The notes: generated by a model from the sequence alone, not told the origin. A stretch of DNA of 62,968 nucleotides, filler included, from Octopus bimaculoides (GCF_001194135.2; 6 parts of 6 records of this genome joined end to end with filler, not necessarily neighbours in it), one strand, 5' to 3'. Numbered from the whole stretch's first letter, positions 12,671 through 26,919 are shown. Program-made: numbers and translations.

Positions 12671-13059
12671 TTATATTTATGTACATATATAGCATATGTC
12701 TAAACTTATGCATGTATGTGTATGTATGGGAGCATCTATGTGTGTGAGCAGATACATAACATTTTCATCTTTATATCAGATGTCCATCTGAACAGCCCAA
12801 GTTTGTCAGTTTGAGACAATTCATTTGTTTCGCTTTCATTGGATTGATCACGTTAAGAAAGTTATGAAGAAAAGGTATTTTCGGTATATTTCTACATAGA
12901 TGAAATCAATGGAACTGTTGATACATTTGTACTGTGTGTGTGTGTGTGTGTGTGTGTGCGTGCATGCATCTGAATGTATGTGTGCATGCGTGTGTGCTTT
13001 TGTGTGTGTTTATGCATTTAAAGACATATACACACATCTATCTATCTTTGTGTGTGTTT

Positions 13060-13142
13060 GTGTCTATCTATCTATCTATCTGTCTGTCTATTTCTCTATT
13101 TGTCTGTCTATCTGTCTATTTATCTATCTATCTATGTATCAA

Positions 13143-13178
<36 letters not shown>

Positions 13179-13187
13179 TCTGTTTGA

Positions 13188-13227
<40 letters not shown>

Positions 13228-13290
13228 TATCTATCTATCCATCTATCTGTATATCTATCTATCTATCTATCTTTCTGTCTGTGTATCTAT
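13060..13290. repeat. (TCTA/TCTG)n tetranucleotide repeat
   Basis: Direct inspection. Confidence 0.9.
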
Positions 13291-13609
13291 CTTCATATTT
13301 ACATAAGTATATATAGAACTATATGCACAAATATATATTTTTTCATTTTATAGCTATATAGTTGTATGGTTAGATATTTTTAGCCTTATATACATGAAAA
13401 AGGTGGATGTTCAATCCAAATTTGTTTTGTTGGTGTGCATGTATTATTCTGCATATGTACGTATGTCTATATAAATACACACACACATATATATCGTCAT
13501 ACATACATACATACATGTGTTAGCAATTGATTTGTAAGGACAAGAAGTAATGCTCACATGTATATGCACACATAATCAAAACTTACAACACACACATGCT
13601 ACATATATG

Positions 13610-14037
<428 letters not shown>

Positions 14038-17000
14038 GTGTGTGTATATGTGTGTGTGTGGTTGGATATTGTATTTGTGTCAAACTATATATAGTTTGTT
14101 GTATATAACTACTATATTTAACCTTTTATACATGGAAACACACAAACACCACACTGGATATTTTAGTCATTGCATTTTTTGTATAATTTAATGGTTCAAT
14201 CATATTCCAACTGTTGGCTTTAACACACACACACACACACGTACACACATATGCATGGTCAGACTCAGACACACAGATACACACACGTGCACAACACAGA
14301 CACAGAAATGCACGGACACGTACACAAACATGCATACAGACATGCTTACATGCGCATACGCACACACACACACACATGTACATGTACATGGTCACATGCA
14401 ACAAGCCATTCAGACACCATGACAGAGTTAAAAAAAAAACACACATAATAAAATTCATATTGGAAGCGATGGCTGTTTTTAGATTTATTAGTGAGCTTTG
14501 AAGAAGTTGGTAGGGAAAAAAAAATGGGATGAAAGTACAGAAATTTCTCATGATTTCCACTTAATTTTTCTCCTCTTTGAAACTTGTTAGCTGTATCGGG
14601 CTACTATTGCAATATTTATAGGAAACAAAAGATGCATGTAGCTTCTACATGGTGGTGGTGGCGGTGGTGGTTGTGGTGGTGGTGGGGGGGGCGACATGTG
14701 TCTGTGTTGTGTATGGTGTTGTGTGAAATGAGTTGGGGAGGTCCATCCATTTATTGATTAAGTTATAAAAGAACAGAGTTCAGCAACCAGCAATTCACCA
14801 ATGTTCCTACTAACAGGACTGGCTGAAGGGAGAATTGCTTGACATCAAACTCAAACTCTCTAACTCTTGTACCCTTTCTTCCTTCCTTCCTTCCTCTGCC
14901 AGCCATGCACTTGCTTTACTTAAATCTTTTTAATACTAAATGTACTTGTGTATCCCTGCCAAAAGTACGGAAAGTAGTAGTAGTAAAAAAAAAAAAAGGA
15001 GCGTGGGCATATCTCTTACTTTCACTTTTGCTTTCCTCTACTTCTCATTACCTTTTCTCTCCCTCATCCACTCCCTCCTTTACATCATCATCATCATCAT
15101 TGTCATCGCCATCATCATCGTTGTTGGTATCATCATCATCATCGTTGTTGGTATCATCATCATCATCTTTATCATCGTCGTCATCATTGTCATCATCANN
15201 NNNNNNNNNNNNNNNNNNNNNNNNNNNNNNNNNNNNNNNNNNTTAATTAATTAANNNNNNNNNNNNNNNNNNNNNNNNNNNNNNNNNNNNNNNNNNNNTA
15301 TTTCTTCACATACATATCTATACAAAAACAGACTGACATTGTCACAATAATTCAGAGGGAGTAAAATAGAGGGAGAGGTATGATCTATGAGCAAGTTATG
15401 CTCAAATGACATGTGCACCCAACTGACAAATACTTCTTGTTTCAATATTTTCCCTTCTCCTTGGTTTTTTAACATATATCTTATCGTCTGATCTATGCTG
15501 CTTACATGTAAATATTATTTTCTGCTGCTCTATCAATTGTTAACGCCGTGGATCACTCGCAGTCTAAAATCTTAGATCCTCCTCGAGGTCTCCTTCAATG
15601 CAGAGTTCAAATAATTTTATAGTTGTTAATTATTTTGGTACTGGTTTTTGTTTACCCGGTGTGATTTTGATATATTTTGTTACTATTCTGCAGCATAGAT
15701 ATTTTGCCGCCGGGTTGAATTTTTACAATTATATTAATAGTTTTTGTATGTTTACATATGTTTTTAGAAGCAACATAATGAAGAGACATAAAAAATATAA
15801 ACTAGACATAGAAAAGTTTATATACATTTGTCCTTTGAATAAATGTCATTTAAAACGAAAAGTTTAGCAAATACTCTACATTCCTTCAAATTGTTTACTG
15901 ACAAGTAATTAGAATTTGCCCAGTTTATGTTGCTTGGACTCGCAACTACACAACACCTTTCACCTAATTTTAAAACCGGCAATGAATCGAATTTAGAAGG
16001 TTAATTATATTTCATGGAAGGTTATTTTTACTTAGATAGCATGTGCGACTTGCGCTGATTGAAATCACGGTAATATGGTTAGATGGAAAGAAGTGACAAG
16101 AAAGTTAATTATGAAAAAAAGATTAAAAGTAAATATTTCGATTAAAAAATTCTTGCATGTATAATTTTAACTGCAATTCTTCTTTCAGATTTGCATCTAT
16201 TCAAAGAAACATCTGTCGTTTGTATGTATATATATATTTTGCTTGTTCTTTTGATTTTAAAATTCGTTTCAAATTATGTGTTTCAAATCTGTTTTACGCA
16301 GAAAGTATTTCTTCTCTACAACAAGATGTTTCGTCCTTTAAATGTGTTTTAAACGCGAAACGTATATTTGAGAAAAATACGGCCTTACAAATCAGCCATA
16401 TATAAGCAGGAGAAGAGCAGACCTGGGGCTAACCATTATGAACGAAGCGTTTGCTACCGCAAAACCCTAGCTTATCTTCATAATTGAAACTTCCGATTCT
16501 AAAACCCAGTGCAATATCAAATGAAGGAAGCAAATAATTTAGCTTGGAAGAAAAGGATGCACGCGAATTTGCATCCGAGATTGACATTTAAATCAGGACA
16601 TTGAATTTAATCTGTGTGCATGTTATACTGAAATTACAAATTTAATAATGTGAATTAATTATCATTACCAAATAGCAGTATAGAATTGAATTTTTTGTTC
16701 TTCGTTTCTAATGTAACAATTTCATACAACACAATATATACTGATCATTCAAAATAATGAATCACACAATGGCAAAACGAAGAATTAAAAATAACTTTTT
16801 ATTTGGATATTGAAGCAAAAGTCATTTTGATGTTATTGTATATCAAGCGCAATTTTTAAGATATTGCATCACAAAGTACATTATTATCTATAAGACATTT
16901 TTGTACATATTGCACCGCATTTGTAACATTTCAAATATGTATGTCAAAGATATGTAGCGATTTTAAGATATTTTAACAGATATGTTATCATATTTTTAAT

Positions 17001-17529
17001 GATGTTATTTAGCCACTTGTCATGAATAATCATGATGGACAAAGAGTAAAGTTGACTGTGACAAACTCTTCGCATAAAGTGTATGTTTGCAGCAGTAAAA
17101 TCAAATGTGTTTAATTGGTTTTAAAACGGTAGTCCCCGTAATGGGGATTTTCTACACTTACATTCTGGCAGGTACAGCAAGTAACACATAGACTGCATTT
17201 CTTGCTTGCTTATGACCTTTCAGAAAAAAGCCTTGCTCTATAAATTACACTTCACTCATAAATTTCCGATATTTCGTCACAATATTGTACCTTATTGTTT
17301 TTACACTGAGGTTACCGTCATGCAAATCGATGACTTTGTTCATATTTCTTCTAAGCAATGCAGTAGCGGTGATAAAAGAAAAGTCCAATGGCAAGATATC
17401 TTTTGATTTTTGTATTTCTCATAGTCAGCAATATCCATATGGATTCTCAAAGTCTAGTTGAAATAACACACGATAAATCTTTTTCGTAGAATCAGTCAAT
17501 TTCGATAGAAACTGTTCAGTCACATTCTT

Positions 17530-17601
<72 letters not shown>

Positions 17602-17618
17602 NNNNNNNNNNCTTCTTC

Positions 17619-17686
<68 letters not shown>

Positions 17687-17699
17687 GTTATTATTATTA

Positions 17700-17995
17700 C
17701 TTTAGTCTGCATCTTTCTTACTGTCACTTGCCGAGACACACTCAGTGTCCTGGGGCGAGTGAAGGGTAAGATATGTTACAGAATCAATGAAAGCTTGAAA
17801 AGGGGAAGTAACGATATATCGTCATGTAATACAACACAGACATTTAAATGGATAGGGTTCTTCTAAGGATGTGGGCAGTACTAGTCAGTACAAAGTTTCG
17901 GATTTCTCTGAGACATGATTGTACTGGGATCTTCTCGAGATAATTATGTCAACCCTTTTTACCATACCAATAGCACCTACAGGAACAGTAACAAT
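17700..17995 (-). mobile_element. R4/Dong-like non-LTR retrotransposon, extreme 3' end
   Basis: Minus-strand VTVPVGAIGMVK and EIRNFVLTSTAHILRRTLSI*, then a 3' UTR running into (TAA)n; (TAA)n on both sides. Confidence 0.75.
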
Positions 17996-18096
17996 AACAA
18001 TTATTATTATTATTATCATTATTATTATTATTATCATTATTATTATTATTATTATTATTACTATTATTGCTGTTGTTGTTGTTATTATTATTATCA

Positions 18097-19030
18097 TATG
18101 TTTGACTATTGCTTTGTATTTGTACAAGTTGACTCCAGTTCTCACCCAGAGACCTCATAAAACAACAAGTTAGGAGTTTATGATGGTGTTATGCCTAGGT
18201 TGTCATATATTTGGCTTTGCACATACTATTCTTCTAGAGAATGTTTAAGAAAAGATAAGAAAATTATGAATTTATTTTAAAATTTGAGATTACTGAGACA
18301 GTATTTTTACGTAGCATATGGGCAGTTCCCATGGGCACTATCTTTTGAATTTCTGTCATTTTGGGGGTTTCGTAGTATCTCAGCTAGGTAGGAATCAGCC
18401 CCTTTTGCTATAATACCTAGGACACCTAAAACAACAGGTATCGATTTAGTCTTGAGGTTCCACATTTCGCCAATTTCTATTTCACGATCTTTATAGGTGT
18501 TCCGTTTTGGTAGATCTTGAGAGATATATTTTTGTCGATTCCGACAGTCATTTCAATGAGGCGGCATTATTTATGTCTGAAGTCTTTCACTATAATGTCT
18601 GGCCTATTCGCATCTATCTTTCTGTCAGTTTGAATGGTGAAGTTCCAGAGGAGTGAATTGTGGTCATTTTCAAGCCCTGGAGGGGGTCTGTGTTCCCACC
18701 AGTTTTTATCATGGGGCAGGTCCAGCTTTTTGCAAATTACCCAGTGAATATACTCTGTAGGCGTAAGAAGACTGCACATGGAGACATGATCAATGGTTTC
18801 ATTTTGCTATTTACATACACGACATATTGGGTTACTGCATTCTTTAATATGTTGGCCTGGTAGTTCCGTGTGGTTATCCATTGATCTTGGGCTGCTATCA
18901 TAAATCCTTCTGTTTCTGATTTTAAGCCACAAGACACTAACCATTGATGGGTAAGGGCTTTGTCAATGTTGGCACTATTAGCTATCTGTGGGTTTTTGAC
19001 ATTGAGAGTTTTTTCTTGCCATTTATCAGT
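18097..19030 (-). mobile_element. R4/Dong-like non-LTR retrotransposon, 5'-truncated, with CCHC and restriction-like endonuclease domains
   Basis: KWQEK...THQWLVSCGLKSETEGFMIAAQDQ; ICRVCK*QNETIDHVSMC knuckle; LWNFTIQTDRKIDANRPDIIVKD (RLE RPD motif); EIQKIVPMGTAHMLRK; stops and frameshifts present. Confidence 0.9.
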
Positions 19031-19047
19031 ATTATTGTTATTATTAC

Positions 19048-19108
<61 letters not shown>

Positions 19109-19829
19109 GTTGTTGTTGTTGTTGGTGGTGGTGTTGTTGTTGTTGTTTTCATGTTCTTTCAGATATACATTGTAACATTTTGGTACTGATATATCGATTA
19201 GGAGGCATTCGTGGCGATCTCTGACAACTACATCCGGTGTATTAGCCTTGGATTCTATTACTACTTCTAAATGTTCCAGGGAAAATAAAAGAAGATTCGA
19301 GAAAAAGTATTATATGCAATAGTATTTCATTTGAATCTAGGATACGTGAGTAAGCAAGGCAGGACACGATCGATAATTTTTTACGACCAGTCAGGAGGAT
19401 AAGTTGCTCATGAAATACGTTATAGCACATTTGAAGTGAGATATCTAATAGAAGACTTTGTGAGAGAAAGTGCAATAACATTCTCAAACGTAAAGAATTG
19501 TAGCTAATTCCGACAAACCTCGGTCGACATAAAAATAACAGAGGTACATTCAGAACCGGTTAAATCTTTGCTGGTGGAAGCTTCATTTTATGGCATACAG
19601 AAGAAACAAATAACGCGCAAAGGGCATGAAGACGGGAAGAAAAATGTGTCAGGCACGGTAATAGAACAATAAATACATTTTGTTAAAGCAGGACTGATGC
19701 TAGCCCTGTTTTCATCAACAGGCGTATTGGTGCACAACTATTGAAAGAAGTCAAGGGCAGATAATCGAGATGCTACATTTCTAGCAAGATAACCTTCTTA
19801 AAATGTATTTTACCCATACAAGGAAAATG

Positions 19830-20520
19830 AAAAAACCCGCTGCTAAAGACTCCTTTGAATCAACAACAGCAGAAATGACAAAAGCAACAATAGCAGCAAC
19901 AACACTAACATCGTCAAGGTCAAGAGCAGCAGAATCCAAAATAACACTAGCATCAACATGAAAATCAAGTGTAGAAGACTAAAAACAAGAATGACAGACG
20001 AGACAGAAAACAAGAGAGCATTACACAGTTACACATTCAATACCTGCACAGTAACTAACATCTCCAAGATTACAAACACCACTACCATTACAAACATGTC
20101 AACAAATGGAAACACATAGCAACGCAGGACATCAACAAACGGAAACACACAGCAATCCAGGAAGTTGTTGCTATCTATATAAGGGCCATCTTCGTGGACA
20201 CAGAGGGTAAGTTAGTAGTCTTGGATGTGAACAGTAATGACAGCGTGCTTCAAGACTAGTGGCTGCTTATGCTCCGACAAGGGCCAGACAGCCTAATTTC
20301 TTCTGACGTGTGGATGAATTCTTGGAACGGTCTCGATCTTTTGTGCAAATAGGTAGCTATAATGCCCTCTGCGATGCACCTTTAGATTGTGTAGGGATAG
20401 CTTTTCAACGAGGTGGGAGAAAACCCTGGCAAGCGTACTCAGACTTTTGCTACTGCCTGACAGGTACCGACTAGATTTCCCGAATGTTCCAGTGTGGACA
20501 TTCCAGGGTCGAACCACATC
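19830..20520 (+). mobile_element. L1/Tx1-like fragment with AP endonuclease
   Basis: AIFVDTEGKLVVLDV...VAAYAPT...VQIGSYNA at about 20180-20400 parallels VYVDPEGGMVVLDV...LYAP...GDFN at 38.3-38.5 kb; the upstream ACA-rich tract is uncertain. Confidence 0.65.
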
Positions 20521-20894
20521 TGTTTTACATAAATAGCATTAGAATACTTTACTGATCAGTGACTTTTTATTAACAGATAGCATAGGCACCTTGAGTGCAT
20601 ATTTTCTCTTTTCGTCTACGATTGTGTAAGTAAAATCTTAGTTCAAGAGATAGGATTAAATTATAACTTGCGTATGTGAGAAATAATGTTTCGAGAAACT
20701 GACACTGAGAAATTAATTAATTTAGCGATAGTTTTGTTAAAATTGGATGATTAGCAAAACTAGTTATTTAGCCTGATCCACAAACAGGTAGCCGTTGTGA
20801 GTGGTAACAAATATGATACTAACTTAGCAATAAAAGATATGCAGCATATTTTATCAGAAGTGACAGGAGTTAAAATTACATTAGTATTAAATCT

Positions 20895-21035
20895 ATGGCG
20901 GCGAAGAGACAGAAGCATTAGCACGCCGAACAGAATGCTCAGTGGTGTATCTCCAGGCTTTAAGTTTTGCATTCAAATGCCTCTGACATAGCTTTTACAT
21001 TTCAACTATTCGGATCGATAAATTAAGTAACATTT
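20895..21035 (+). mobile_element. Old degenerate SINE family A
   Basis: GGCGGCGAAGAGACAGAAGCATTAGCACGCCG head and GATCGATAAATTAAGTA core remnant. Confidence 0.5.
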
Positions 21036-22649
21036 GATCGATAACCTGAAATGTGCAGGCTAAAATAAGAAAGGACTATTAGATATTTTTTTTCTAGTTG
21101 CCTCAAACCATTGCGAAAGTACTAAACTTAGGTACTAAACTAAAACACCATTGCAGACCAATTTGTTTTTTAGTATTTAAAGTCATTGAATGTTTGTCTC
21201 CTTGATGTACTTGAACAGCACTGTGAAAACGGTACCTGGCTATATTACGAATAATTATATTACAAGGATTCAAAGTCAGTTAGCTTTATAGCTATACGCA
21301 CGTTTATTCAATGTAGTAACAATATTGATAATGTCGTTGACTATCAAAACATTTAACAATATTATTTTTCTACATTTTGAATGATTGCATTAAGTTACAA
21401 GATTTAATGAAAGAAAACAAAACGTCTAATTCGACGATGATCAGGGTTTTATAGTAACAATTCAACTTGCGCTATATCGAACAATACTCCTCGGTGCATT
21501 AGTCCAGTGACAATAGTTTATCAATCTTTGATAATGCAAAAGACAACGCATACTTTTCTCGGAGTCAAAAGACATATGTGAAACGACAGTCGCCAGTATC
21601 TAAAATATTATCCAAAACCCAATGCTTAAATCCTCATCGACTGTAAAACAGACACATTTAAATGTGCAATAAGCTAGGGGAACTTCGGTTCGTTGTTCTC
21701 TTTGTTTTTTCCTGCAATTACTCAAGTTAAGTGTCAAGTTTTGAATTGAAAATTTAAACCAACCGACCATAGTCTTACCCATTTACATAATTCATAGCAT
21801 AAGCTAAAATTGATACACGTTTTACGGTATTATATAGGGTAACATGTTTGACTCAAGAATTTTAGTTTTCGTGTCTATCGGTCTGCATCGAATACCGTTC
21901 TTGTTGATGGATATAATTAACAGTATTAGGTTGGTAGTAAATATCTAAACCATGCAGAAGAAATGTTAGAAGTTGGGACACAATATGGTACCTAGTGAAA
22001 CATTACATTTTATTCTATAAGTTAAATATACTGTTTTATCGCAAAGATCTTTTGAGTTAAAGAAACTTTGTCCTGATCATAGTACAAGCAATTCGACAAA
22101 AACCTTCTATTCACTCCTTTTAAGTATAGTAAAAAGTCAGTTACTATTTGTCCGGTTTCTAGTTTCGTTTTATATAACAACTATGTTCGCTAATATTATT
22201 TAGAGATCTATTTTGAATTAGCACCAAAAGTTCCGATTACATTGATAGTTAACAAAATAATACCGCGTAGTAACTTTCTGTATCTTATACTTTTCCCCTC
22301 TAGAAAATTTATCCAGCTTACTTCTTGGAATCTTACTAATTTTCAGAGAATATATTAACGGAGGAATCGAACCCGGATAACATTGAGAAATTTTTATCTA
22401 ACCGAGAGCATGACATTATTTTTAGAGTTATACCACACCATCAGCTATTTACAGAACTTTCTTTTCATTGATTTCTGCAAATGATAATAGTTTTCTCTTT
22501 ATTCTGTTATATATTTTGTGAGATATATTATATCTTATTGAAATAAAAACGCAAATATATACCATTATTAAATCATTTTTTTAAAATTGAAATGCAATTA
22601 AAACCTTATATTTTCTATGTGTGTCACTAGATGCTTATCAAAGGCATTT

Positions 22650-23400
22650 TCTCTCTATTGATATTGAAAGTGAATTATGAATATATTGGGCATACGGAAA
22701 ACGCTATGTAAGATATAAGTAAATGAAAGCAAAAATAAATCAGCTGAAGCTATAGGATTTCGAATACTCATGAAAATGCAATTTGATTGCTGGGCATAGA
22801 AATTAAATTTAAAAAGCTTTCTTCCATAATAACTGTCATACGACATCAAACGGAGATTTCTATAATAAATACAATGAACAAAAAATATTTTATCTCGCAA
22901 ATGTCTGAAATGCTTAAAAGATAATTTTGAATTAATATTTGGAAGAAAGAGAAATTTTGGCTTAAAAATCATTTCTCGAAATCGAGCTTTCAAGTTCAAA
23001 TATCTTAGCATTAATAGCTAAGCATATTTCGCTATTATGTTCAAAGTTATAACGAATTTGCAATCACATAAAAGGGAATATTGCACTCATAGTGCACTGC
23101 CGCAGCTTAGAAAGGCAGTATTTTGGAATGCATATTTGTCAATATAATAATATCATTATTGCTACAGCAACGCAACTCATATCAAGAAAACATCATTGCA
23201 CCACATACCCATTTAATCACAAATTGTATTCATCTAGAGATCTCCGAAGCCGCTCTTATTATTGGGTTTCTTTCCCATTGAATATCTAAGTTTGTGATGG
23301 CGAATCCGTAAAGTACCTAGGATCACATCCAACGATTGCCCCTTGTGTGTGTCAGACACCTTAAATATTGTAGAAGAAATCTCGAAAAAATCTATTTAAT
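22650..23400 (-). mobile_element. Highly degenerate Penelope-like RT remnant
   Basis: AIVGCDPRYFTD resembles GIPMGSDPAPFFAN; FRHLRD resembles FRFIDD; HSVFRMPNI resembles FSIVRMPY; matched by eye only. Confidence 0.35.
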
Positions 23401-23779
23401 ATCGATTCTACTATTGGTAAATTTGAGCTTATATATCATTTACAATGATTTAAGGAGTTTATTATTGATTAATTTTAAGTTTATATATTATATTTGCTGA
23501 CAAAGGATTTCATTGATTACAAATGTAGCCCCTGGAATTTTCCATTCCTGGTTGCGAGAGTAATGAGGGAGTGCCTGTATGACTAGTGATGGAGATAAAT
23601 ACACAGTATCTGTTTATTCGGAAAGAAAATATCCTACCCTTGCAAAAAATACACCAGTCAATATTGTCGCCTTCAACTGGAAAATCATTATTGAACGCGA
23701 ATAGAAATACATAGACATTTTTCTTCCTATTCCTACCTATCACTAACCTATCACACACGTATATTTATAGTAATTTGAC

Positions 23780-24575
23780 CTCCTTGTATTCTTCCCTCCA
23801 CCTCAAATTTTACTACCATAACTACTACTTACTTCGGTACCAGTCTATCGTTAAGTTTTCTCTGCCTATCCCTACATGCAGCTCTGTCATATCACCTCTA
23901 CTCACATAGCTCACATTCCTTTACTCCTCACCTTGTCATCTCTTCCTCTCCCTCACCCACACCTCTCCCATCCTCCCGTCGCACTGTCATGACTACTAAC
24001 TAACACTCCCTCTCTCACTTCCTTCACCATTTCTTCATTTTTTCTTATTTTCTTTGATTTTGTCTCTCCCTTATTCTTTTTTTCTCTTTGTTCTCCCTTC
24101 CCTCCTCTCATGTTCTCTTCCTGTTTTAGATTTGACCTATCTCCTCTATCTAATCATACACATCCCTCCTCCCAGCATCTATCCAACACATTCTCAAATT
24201 TTCATTCACACCACAAAAACCCTTTCGAACGAGCAACACTGATTCCACGGCTCCAAACTTTGAAATTACTAAATATGAACAGCTATTGGAACTTACACAC
24301 CATGTACAGGAAGCCTTTTTACCACTTATATACCCAATTTTCTAGTAAAATCGAACTGCATCTACAATAACTTTATATATCCTATTTCTACTTTCATTCT
24401 TTTATTTCCCTCTATATTCTCAATCTTTTGCACGATAATTCGAACACAGATATTTTTTCTCACACCGTCTCTGATGAAGGGATATTCATAATATTCCAGA
24501 AACAGCTGTAAGACTATTTCATTATAAATGTCCTGAAAACTCCTCAAACCCTTGGATTTGTTATCTCATGCAGTC
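23780..24575 (+). mobile_element. Penelope-like element remnant: pyrimidine-rich tract, endonuclease C-terminus and terminal repeat
   Basis: NPFERATLIPRLQTLKLLNMN (about 24218-24280) resembles the PLE GIY-YIG C-terminal ..LQTL.P.GMN; hammerhead motif about 190 nt downstream; ends at (TA)n. Confidence 0.6.
24467..24514 (+). ncRNA. Minimal type I hammerhead ribozyme candidate
   Basis: GTCT-CTGATGA-A-GGGATATT-CAT-AATATTCC-A-GAAAC-AGCT-GTA|AGAC: 4-bp helix I, 8-bp helix II, palindromic helix III ACAGCTGT, GUA cleavage triplet ending at 24510. Confidence 0.7.
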
Positions 24576-25967
24576 TAGTGTATATATATATATATATNNN
24601 NNNNNNNNNNNNNNNNNNNNNNNNNNNNNNNNNNNNNNNNNNNNNNNNNNNNNNNNNNNNNNNNNNNNNNNNNNNNNNNNNNNNNNNNNNNNNNNNNNNN
24701 NNNNNNNNNNNNNNNNNNNNNNNNNNNNNNNNNNNNNNNNNNNNNNNNNNNNNNNNNNNNNNNNNNNNNNNNNNNNNNNNNNNNNNNNNNNNNNNNNNNN
24801 NNNNNNNNNNNNNNNNNNNNNNNNNNNNNNNNNNNNNNNNNNNNNNNNNNNNNNNNNNNNNNNNNNNNNNNNNNNNNNNNNNNNNNNNNNNNNNNNNNNN
24901 NNNNNNNNNNNNNNNNNNNNNNNNNNNNNNNNNNNNNNNNNNNNNNNNNNNNNNNNNNNNNNNNNNNNNNNNNNNNNNNNNNNNNNNNNNNNNNNNNNNN
25001 NNNNNNNNNNNNNNNNNNNNNNNNNNNNNNNNNNNNNNNNNNNNNNNTATATATATATATATATATATATATATTTCTAGCAGTCACTGGACTGGCGCCA
25101 TGCTTTGGAAGAGCTCTAAGGACACCAATATATGTTACAAGTCTAACGCTTATACCATCTTTTTTTGCCTAACCTTTACAGTACAGAAAATTAAGCAAAA
25201 ATTTGGCAAACAGTGAGATGCAAACAATTTGGTGCACGCTAGCACATGCACACACATACACATAGACACACAGACACTCTCATTTAGTACGAGCACGCAC
25301 ATATGTTTAATTGTCTGCATGTAAGTGAATGTTTGTTTGCAACAATACGTTTTCTCTACCAAATTCGCTCACAAATCAATAATCGACCCGAGGCTTTAAT
25401 AGAAAATGATTGCCCACGATGCCATGAAGTGGCAACAGAATTCATTTGAAAAATATATATAGCTGAAAGTAATGAAAATATATCAAGACGACAGCAAGTA
25501 ATCACATGTGTTACCAATATTTGCTTGACGATAACAGGCAAACAATAAGTGCATCAAGAATAAATGACACTGCAGGAAGAGAACGGAGATTGGAATTATA
25601 AGATGGCAAAATACAGACATTTACAGTATAAGAAAAGGAATCACTGAAATAACATGCATATATCAGGTTCTGAATGTTCAGTATTAGATAAGAATACGTA
25701 TGCATGAGTGACAAATTTGGGGTAGTCAAGGGTATGATTTCGGCATAAGGACTCAAGTTGTGCCCACGCAGAAGAGAAGTTTATGGATAATGACTAAACC
25801 ATTTAATATTATTTTGTGAAAAACTCAACTTAAAACGAGAATCATGTAATTCAACCAGATATTGTTGTCAAGAGCGATTATGAAGGGGATATTTCCTCAG
25901 TTGTTCAATGAAGGATATCTGTTGTGTGTGGGTGTGTGTGTGTGTGTACGGTAAAGACATTAATAAT

Positions 25968-26163
25968 TATTTCAAATGTTTTGCCACGAGCAGCTTGGTG
26001 AAGGTGAGGATGAAGCGATGACATCGACCCCTGTGTTCAAATAGTACTTATTTTATCGACCCCGAAACGATGAAAGGCCAAATCGAGCTCTGCGGAATTT
26101 GAACTCAGAACTTAGCGAGGTATTTCGTCCAACGGGTTTACGATTCTGCAAGTTTGCTGCCTT
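25968..26163 (-). mobile_element. SINE family A
   Basis: Family core present; 18-bp TSD GGTAAAGAC(A/G)TTAATAAT at 25950-25967 and 26164-26181. Confidence 0.8.
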
Positions 26164-26199
26164 GGTAAAGACGTTAATAATGTCACCAAATATTAAAAA

Positions 26200-26388
26200 A
26201 TAGGCCTGCAATTTCGGGGGAGGGTACTAGTTTATTACATCTACTCAAGCATTCAACTGGTACTTAATTTATCGGTCCCGAAAGGATGAGAACAAAGTCG
26301 ACAGAATTTGAACTCAGAACGTAAAGACAGACAAAATGCAACTTACCATTTTGGCCGTTGTGCTTATGATTCTGCCAGCACGCCGCCC
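26200..26388 (-). mobile_element. SINE family A
   Basis: CAACTGGTACTTAATTTATCGG...GAATTTGAACTCAGAACG...GATTCTGCCAGCACGCCGCC. Confidence 0.8.
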
Positions 26389-26840
26389 AATAAAACTTTA
26401 TAATAGTGACTACTAGAATTTAACGTTTCAAAGCAGAGAGTAGCTGCTTCTGGAAGAATTGCAAACAAAATGAACATATATACATAACTAATGCTGCAAG
26501 CCTTACAGTTATACATAACTAAGTACTCCTAACACAACATTTGGATTACTTTCAATGCTATGTTATAAAATATTCAGTGCCAGAGTCTGATGTCCAGCTG
26601 TGAATTGAAAGCACACCCTGCAATAAACACTACTGAATTTATAGCGCTATTTATCCCGACCCGTAATGTTTGGAGTACTAATTCTGCAGAGGTTGATATT
26701 GTTTACAATACATTTGGGGATATTAAAATAATTACCGGTCAAGTACGAAGTTAATATAAATTCATTGCACTATTCTTCCACTTCAAATTGCAGTCCTGGA
26801 GTCAAAATTAGAGGGAATTCTTCTTCTTCTTCTTCTTCTT

Positions 26841-26918
<78 letters not shown>

Positions 26919-26919
26919 T

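Noticed and set aside
16050-17440. Stretch with coding-like short ORFs
   Set aside because: Multiple stops in every frame and no motif I can identify.
23290-23340. Minus-strand HTQGQSLDV resembling Helitron helicase motif VI
   Set aside because: Isolated match; another frame of the same bases fits a PLE RT motif at least as well.
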